Sequence record: NC_019405.1
Reading direction: 5' to 3' (one strand)
Length of the DNA stretch: 64,000 nt
Within the stretch, counting starts at the first letter, position 1. Every line of letters begins with the position of its first letter. Below the pieces are notes generated by a model. The model saw only the letters and a program-made list of their open reading frames with translations, was not told the DNA's origin and searched no databases. This document shows, one piece after another, positions 38,550-43,236 of the stretch. The position numbers and the translations under genes are program-made.

Positions 38550-39222
38550 AGAGAAGCTCCGGTTTGGCGCTGACCGGCTTGGACCAATCCCAGACGTACC
38601 AAGCATAGGCGAAGCGCGGGGCGCCCTTGGTGCCGGCGATCCAGCGAGGGCGGTGGCGAAGGGTGACCTTCGCGGTGAAGGCGGGGTGATCGAACAGGTC
38701 CTTGCGCGAGCGCGCGGCGTCCCATTCGTGGCGGCAGAGGAAGGCGACGAGGCCCTGATCGGCCTCCATCAGCGACAGCGCGTGGCGCGCGGCGCGCTCG
38801 GCGTCCTTGCCGTAGGGCGGGTTGGTGATGATGGCGTCGGGACGCGGTGGCAGCGGCGTGGGCTTGCGCTCCTCGCCCTTCTCATCGACGATCGTTTCGG
38901 GCCGGGCCTTCAGCGCGCCCAGGCGGTCGAGGTCCGCCGGCGTCAGTTTGAAGAAGTCCTCCACCGCGTCCACCTCGAAACCCTCGTAGCGGTGGATGTC
39001 CGTGGAGAGGACCTCCTGCACGAAGGGCTTGAGCGGCGTGGCGATCGCGCCGTTGCCCGCGAAGGGCTCCCAGGCGAAGAACGGGGCGAAGTCGTCGCCC
39101 AGGGCCTCGATCAGGGCGTCGAAGGCCGGCCGAGGAGTCGGGTAAAAGTCCAGCGGGGTCCTGGCATATCCGGAGGCGCCCAGCATGGAGGGGTCTTTGC
39201 GACCAGCATCGGAGAGAGACAT
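38539..39222 (-). CDS. Amino (N6-adenine/N4-cytosine) DNA methyltransferase-like protein
   Basis: DFYPTP, WEPFAGNGAI (motif I) and ITNPPYG (motif IV). The start could be 39222 or 39240. Confidence 0.82.
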   Translation of the reverse strand: MSLSDAGRKDPSMLGASGYARTPLDFYPTPRPAFDALIEALGDDFAPFFAWEPFAGNGAIATPLKPFVQEVLSTDIHRYEGFEVDAVEDFFKLTPADLDRLGALKARPETIVDEKGEERKPTPLPPRPDAIITNPPYGKDAERAARHALSLMEADQGLVAFLCRHEWDAARSRKDLFDHPAFTAKVTLRHRPRWIAGTKGAPRFAYAWYVWDWSKPVSAKPELLYAG

Positions 39223-39254
39223 GGTCGTGAGGGATGTCATGGTTAACGAAGGGT

Positions 39255-39299
39255 GTCAAGATTCACGACATTGACTGTCGTGAGCCACCACGCTAGACA
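39255..39299. promoter_or_regulatory. Divergent promoters sharing the repeated motif
   Basis: Motif on the - strand at 39255-39269; + strand TTGACT (39271-39276), 17 bp spacer, TAGACA (39294-39299). Confidence 0.68.
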
Positions 39300-39300
39300 G

Positions 39301-39585
39301 GGGGCTACGGGCCGTCCTCCTGCGTTAGCCCCGCCGCCGCGCCTTCCAGGCGGCGAAGGTCGGGACGGAGCCGAAGGCGAGCCGGCCGAGGCAGCGGTTG
39401 GTGAGCAAAAGGAGAACCCGGCGAGCGGCGGAAGGCGTCGTTGACGCCCTCGGACTCGTCAAGCACGTGGTGATGCCGGAAATCACCGCGATCGCGCGGA
39501 CGTCTGGACGTTGCTAGGCGTAAGGCAGGCCTGCCGAGAAGTGGAAATGGCCGGGGCGGGCGGGACTTGACCTCGTCCGCCTTTC
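39301..39585 (+). ncRNA. Candidate ~285-nt structured ncRNA A
   Basis: Follows the promoter above; ends in the hairpin GGCGGGCG/CGTCCGCC plus TTT; no credible ORF. Confidence 0.4.
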
Positions 39586-39595
39586 CGCCTAAGCT
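39567..39595 (+). promoter_or_regulatory. Promoter TTGACC, 17 bp spacer, TAAGCT
   Basis: Canonical spacing; the -35 box lies in the loop of the upstream terminator-like hairpin. Confidence 0.6.
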
Positions 39596-39601
39596 TCCCT
39601 C

Positions 39602-39963
39602 ATTGCAGGCGCAGCACCGCCCTTCGCTAACGGCCCCGAGGGGTACGCAAGGGCTAGAAGCCTTGCCTGGGACAGGACTGCCTCTGATCCAGGAACGCCC
39701 TGGGCCGCGTAGCGCCCATGACGCGAACGCCGGCCGAGAATGGGCGACTAGGCGTGACGGCGGCCAGAGGCCGCAGCGACATTCCAAGCTCGATAGAGCG
39801 ATCGGCGGGCCGGGGCGAAAGCCCTGTTTCGAGAGCCAGGGCAACCCGTCATAGGTCCTGGTCGGGCGACGAGGCAGCAAGTCCCGCGAACGGAGCCTCT
39901 GAGGTGGCGTCACCAAGATGCAGCAGACGCAAAAAGGCCCCGATCGCGAGATCGGGGCCTTTT
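39602..39963 (+). ncRNA. Candidate ~350-nt structured ncRNA B
   Basis: Bounded by a promoter and a strong terminator; GGGC-GAAA-GCCC (39813-39824) and other short hairpins; no credible ORF. Confidence 0.45.
39931..39963. terminator. Bidirectional intrinsic terminator
   Basis: AAAAAGGCCCCGATC-GCGA-GATCGGGGCCTTTT. Confidence 0.85.
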
Positions 39964-39968
39964 CATGT

Positions 39969-40057
39969 TGGAGCTTCGGGAGGGACTCGAACCCTCATAG
40001 GTGTTCCCACCAGCAGAGATTTGCAATCCCGCGCCTAACCTCTCAGTCCACCGAAGC
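39969..40057 (-). tRNA. tRNA-Cys(GCA) with a long (type II) variable arm
   Basis: Acceptor GCTTCGG/CCGAAGC, U73, encoded CCA; anticodon loop TT-GCA-AA; T-arm GAGGG-TTCGAGT-CCCTC; variable hairpin GGTG-GGAA-CACC. Confidence 0.88.
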
Positions 40058-40059
40058 AC

Positions 40060-40235
40060 AAAAGGACCTCGACGCCCGAAGGCCCGAGGTCCGATCCGTA
40101 ACCAGGGGAGGGCCGTAGCTGTCCCCTGACCCTGAACGACAGGTGGCGGGCTTGGTCGTCATCCCGTCAGGCTCGCGGCGCCGCTCGCCTGACCCGCCGA
40201 TATGCCACGAGGGCAGTGATCCGCAGGTCCCCATA
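40060..40235 (-). ncRNA. Candidate ~175-nt structured RNA upstream of tRNA-Cys
   Basis: Internal TCAGGC...GCCTGA hairpin (40167-40192) and a terminal UUCG-capped hairpin (40064-40092) with a U4 tract just before the tRNA. Confidence 0.3.
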
Positions 40236-40241
40236 AATAGC

Positions 40242-40276
40242 AAAAAGGCCGCGATCCGCGAGGACCGTGGCCTTTT
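40242..40276. terminator. Bidirectional intrinsic terminator
   Basis: AAAAAGGCCGCGATCC-GCGA-GGACCGTGGCCTTTT. Confidence 0.8.
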
Positions 40277-41155
40277 CGTTTTCCGACGGGCTGAGACTAC
40301 ACCCATCAGCAATCCCGCTTCGAGGATTATTCCCCAGGTGCGACCCCAGGTATTCCCTCGACGTCCACCAGACCCCTTGCGGTAGTCCAGTCCGAGATCA
40401 TCGCCGCCGTTCTTGCGCACCCCGAAGGGATTGCGGGTCTGGCGTTTGACCCATCATGGCGAACTACTCGACAGTTCCTTCCCCGCTGGGCTTGCGACCC
40501 ACTCACCGGCGCTAACCGGCTGACGAAGCTCTTCCTATCGACACCTCGCGGGCTTGCGACCCTTGAGATGACTCCGTTACCCGAGGGCCGGAGCATTTGG
40601 CGACTTACGTCCGCCACTGGACCAGTCTTTGCGTTTTTCATCGAAGCGGGGATTGAACCCGCGACCGACAGCTAGGACGGCTGTTGCACTACCACTGTGC
40701 TATTCGCAAACCCACCAAGACGTGCTGGTCCAGTTGTTCCCAGAGCTTTTGACCCCAGAAATGCAACACGCCTCATATCTTTCGCCTTGCGGGCTACTCG
40801 ACTGCTCTTCAGGACCCCGTCTCCCCCGACCTTTCGGCCAGGATGCCCAGCACCCCTCGAACTGAAGCAAAGCTCTTCACCGCGAAGTGTCGAACCCTGC
40901 AACCCAAACGGTTATCCGTACTCCCTAGACGCGCTTGCACGGGATAGTCCGCTTGCGACGGACTGGCGGTTAAAGCCTCGGAGTTACCCCGGCCCCGCCT
41001 TGTCTCCCACGGTCTTCAGGTCTATCCCCTTTTGCAAGAGGCGGCCAGCTTCCCAGCCCGGACCCGTCGGCTTCCTCTGTCCTCTTGCGAGGTCGGGCGG
41101 CCTATGGGAGACCGTCCCTGTCACCCCGTCGCCGGGGCTTTCGTCAGAAGCGACG
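40277..41155 (-). ncRNA. Large (~880 nt) structured ncRNA, GOLLD-like candidate, with an embedded tRNA-like domain
   Basis: Own promoter (41161-41189) and terminator (40242-40276); no credible ORF; many - strand GNRA hairpins (GCAA at 40488-40500, 40550-40562, 40947-40963, 41081-41092; GAAA at 40830-40837). The family assignment is an inference. Confidence 0.62.
40638..40709 (-). pseudogene. Degenerate tRNA-like element (nominal anticodon TCC) inside the large ncRNA
   Basis: D-arm GCAC-AGTGGTA-GTGC, anticodon stem ACAGC/GCTGT with loop CGTCCTA (G33, not U33), T-arm GCGGG-TTCAATC-CCCGC; broken acceptor stem and no CCA. Confidence 0.7.
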
Positions 41156-41160
41156 ATGAC

Positions 41161-41189
41161 GTTCTAGCGACAGCCCACGTCGTCGTCAA
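41161..41189 (-). promoter_or_regulatory. Promoter of the large ncRNA (TTGACG, 17 bp spacer, TAGAAC)
   Basis: Canonical spacing on the - strand, divergent from the tmRNA promoter. Confidence 0.68.
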
Positions 41190-41245
41190 CGACTTTTTAC
41201 ATCCCGACGCGGAATTTTTTCGACAGTCGTGGATGACGACAGTGC

Positions 41246-41274
41246 TTGACATTCTCGTAGACCCATGCTAGGTG
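41246..41274 (+). promoter_or_regulatory. tmRNA promoter (TTGACA ... GCTAGGT)
   Basis: TTGACA at 41246-41251 with a GCTAG -10-like element 16-17 bp downstream. Confidence 0.6.
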
Positions 41275-41275
41275 T

Positions 41276-41658
41276 CGGAAATCGTTGTAATTCGGACAAC
41301 GGAACTGGCGGCAAGACAGGGGTGCGAATCCCCTCGCCTCCACCATCGACGCCCGGCGCTGGGAGTACGCGACTCCTGGGCAGGGAGTGTTACCCTGGCG
41401 GGCTGCGGCCCGAGCCAAAGGTAGCCGGGCGTCGTTGATGGGGGCGACTAGCTTTCGATTGGCGCTCGGGACTGAAAGACGCAACGGTGGGTGACCTCCA
41501 CATCGGCTTGCCGGTGATCGGGTCAGGCAACAGTAAATGTCGCCGCCAATGACAACGACGTCGTGGCTTTCGCCTCGGCTCGTGAAGCCATCGCCGCCTA
41601 ATAAGCGGTAGAGGAGCCCGCCGGGAGCTTGGCAACAGAATCCCGGCAACCCCCTTTC
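41276..41658 (+). ncRNA. ssrA: Circularly permuted (two-piece, alphaproteobacterial-type) tmRNA
   Basis: Acceptor piece with T-arm AGGGG-TGCGAAT-CCCCT and CGCCTCC-A-CCA (ends 41345); intervening stem TCGACGCCCGGC/GCCGGGCGTCG; coding piece begins GGGGGCG (41440) giving a G3.U70 Ala acceptor stem; tag frame AANDNDVVAFASAREAIAA then TAA TAA (41542-41604); downstream GGCAACAGAA motif. Confidence 0.92.
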
Positions 41659-41782
41659 GCAGGCGGGAACACCAACAGGCGATCTGTCGGGCGACCGATT
41701 TCCGATCCGTGTTCCCGTCTTCGAAAGGTGGTCAGGCCTACCCTCTTGGTGTGCTATCCAAGGGTCTGGCCACTTTACAGAA

Positions 41783-41861
41783 CGCGGGGTAGAGGAGTCC
41801 GGTTGTCCTCGTCTGGCTCATAACCAGGAGATCGTGGGTTCAAATCCCACTCCCGCTCCCA
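41783..41861 (+). tRNA. tRNA-Met(CAT), initiator-like
   Basis: CGCGGGG/TCCCGCT acceptor with a C1-U72 mismatch, loop CT-CAT-AA, T-loop TTCAAAT, encoded CCA; only two of the three anticodon-stem G-C pairs of canonical fMet. Confidence 0.88.
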
Positions 41862-41868
41862 ATGCGAA

Positions 41869-42000
41869 CGCCGGCTGTTGAGAACGACGGCGTGACAAGC
41901 TCGGAGAGAACGAGCACTCCAGTCCGGGGTATGAGGCCGGACTAGCGGACGCCGTAGCGATTGCAGGCGTGACACCCGGAGATAGCGGGACCGGCTTTCC
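41869..42000 (+). ncRNA. Candidate multi-hairpin small RNA
   Basis: GCCGG/CCGGC-TTT closing stem, ACGGCGT/ACGCCGT, GCTCG/CGAGC, AGTCCGG/CCGGACT and CCCG/CGGG hairpins. Confidence 0.3.
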
Positions 42001-42087
42001 GAGCCGCATGCTCGGCGCGTAAGACCGCAGGCCTCGGCCATCGGGCAGTGTCAGGGGATGAGGCTAGTCCTCGGCTAACCACCTAGC

Positions 42088-42227
42088 GGTGGAGCTAGGG
42101 CATGCGGTTCGGAAAGCCGGGTTCGCGGTTCGTCCGCTACGAGATGGAGATGTCGCCGGTTCGAGTCCGGCAGGTCCCCCAAAAGGAGGCCTTAGCTCAG
42201 TCGGTAGAGCGCTCCTATCCCACCTTT
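42088..42227 (+). ncRNA. Circularly permuted tRNA mimic, YrlA Y-RNA-like candidate
   Basis: The T-arm GCCGG-TTCGAGT-CCGGC comes BEFORE the D-arm GCTC-AGTCGGTA-GAGC; the acceptor-like stem AGGTCCC/GG(A)GGCCT is closed by a CCAAAA loop; there is no anticodon loop; the ends can pair (GGTGG/CCACC) and finish in TTT. Confidence 0.62.
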
Positions 42228-42312
42228 GGTACGGTGGCTCGACAGGTAAGGCATCGGCCTCATAAGCCGAGGGTTCGTCCCAATCCTGGTTCAAATCCAG
42301 GTCGTACCTCCA
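42228..42312 (+). tRNA. tRNA with CAT anticodon, long (type II) variable arm and U73 (Met or Ile2 uncertain)
   Basis: GGTACGG/TCGTACC acceptor, TCGGC-CTCATAA-GCCGA, variable hairpin GGG-TTCGT-CCC, T-arm CCTGG-TTCAAAT-CCAGG, encoded CCA. Confidence 0.85.
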
Positions 42313-42386
42313 AATAGACGCTTGACCCCCGGCCGCAGGCTGCTAAGCTTCCCCGGTCGGGATCGTCCCGCGTCCTTTCCAAGGTC

Positions 42387-42417
42387 AAGCCCCCGGAGCC
42401 TCGCTTCGGGGGCTTTT
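42387..42417. terminator. Intrinsic terminator at the end of the RNA island
   Basis: AAGCCCCCGGAG...TTCGGGGGCTTTT. Confidence 0.75.
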
Positions 42418-42770
42418 CAGTTCTTGACCACCCGCAGGCGCCGGGCCTCGTTGGCGCGTTCCTCCGCCGCCACGCGCGAGACGTCTTGCAGATGCGCCTT
42501 GGCGATCAGATCGGGCGCGCCCACGGCCCGGAAGGGTACCTTGACGGAAAGGTCGACATAGCGCCGCAAGAGCGGCTCGAACTCCAGACCGCGCGCCTGG
42601 GCGATCCGCGACAATGCGCCGGCGACGATCGCCACGACCAGGACGTTGGTCGGTGTCTCCTTGGTCAGGGTCCAGATGCCCGGTATAGACTGCCCAGGAT
42701 GAAGTTCCTGCCGCGCCACGTCATCGGCGGCGGCGCGGAAGAGGTTCTCGTAAGGGACGTTTTCGAGCAT
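42417..42770 (-). CDS. Hypothetical protein (~117 aa)
   Basis: Start MLENVPYE chosen within the longer ORF-track frame; helical sequence. Confidence 0.55.
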   Translation of the reverse strand: MLENVPYENLFRAAADDVARQELHPGQSIPGIWTLTKETPTNVLVVAIVAGALSRIAQARGLEFEPLLRRYVDLSVKVPFRAVGAPDLIAKAHLQDVSRVAAEERANEARRLRVVKN

Positions 42771-42849
42771 ACGACAACGATAGCGATCTTTTGCCGCCTG
42801 TCTACCCTCTACTCTTGATAGTAGTAAAGCCCCGATTTCAACATAAGAG

Positions 42850-43236
42850 CTAAAGCCGTCCGCCGTAATAGTCCCGCCACATTCCCTCCCAATAGTCGAT
42901 GTGCTTCTCGGTGCAGTCCGGGCAATACCGACGGTCCCGGTTGGGGTCCTCGCCCTTGCCATCCCAGTGGTAGCAGGTCATTGAGCCGACCATCCCCAGG
43001 CGCCAGAACGTCCCGCAGTGTTCGCATCCCCCAAGGGCGATGTTCTGCATCGTCCGGTGGTGGTTCCACTTGCAGAGCCAGTTGAACCAGAGTTCATAAT
43101 AGAGGGCGTCGCGGATGCTGCTGTACTGGGTGAGGCGGACCTGAACGACCTTGCGCCGGCCGTTAGGCTTCAGGTCGCGGTCATAGGTCGGCCTGTAGAA
43201 GACTTTGATCTTCGGAAACCAGCGGCGTTTCTTCAC
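42850..43236 (-). CDS. Hypothetical Cys-rich (Zn-binding) protein
   Basis: GTG start overlapping the helicase stop (GTGA); CEHC and CPDC motifs. Confidence 0.6.
   Translation of the reverse strand: MKKRRWFPKIKVFYRPTYDRDLKPNGRRKVVQVRLTQYSSIRDALYYELWFNWLCKWNHHRTMQNIALGGCEHCGTFWRLGMVGSMTCYHWDGKGEDPNRDRRYCPDCTEKHIDYWEGMWRDYYGGRL

Noticed and set aside
39305-41823. ORF-track proteins in the RNA island (e.g. 39305-39916, 40697-41167, 41197-41649)
   Set aside because: No RBS, atypical codon usage and low-information sequences; they overlap clear RNA genes or promoter/terminator-bounded structured regions.
42141-42220. An ordinary or intron-containing tRNA gene
   Set aside because: No matching 5' half upstream of the T-arm and no 3' half downstream of the D-arm before the next complete tRNA; the halves pair only in permuted order.
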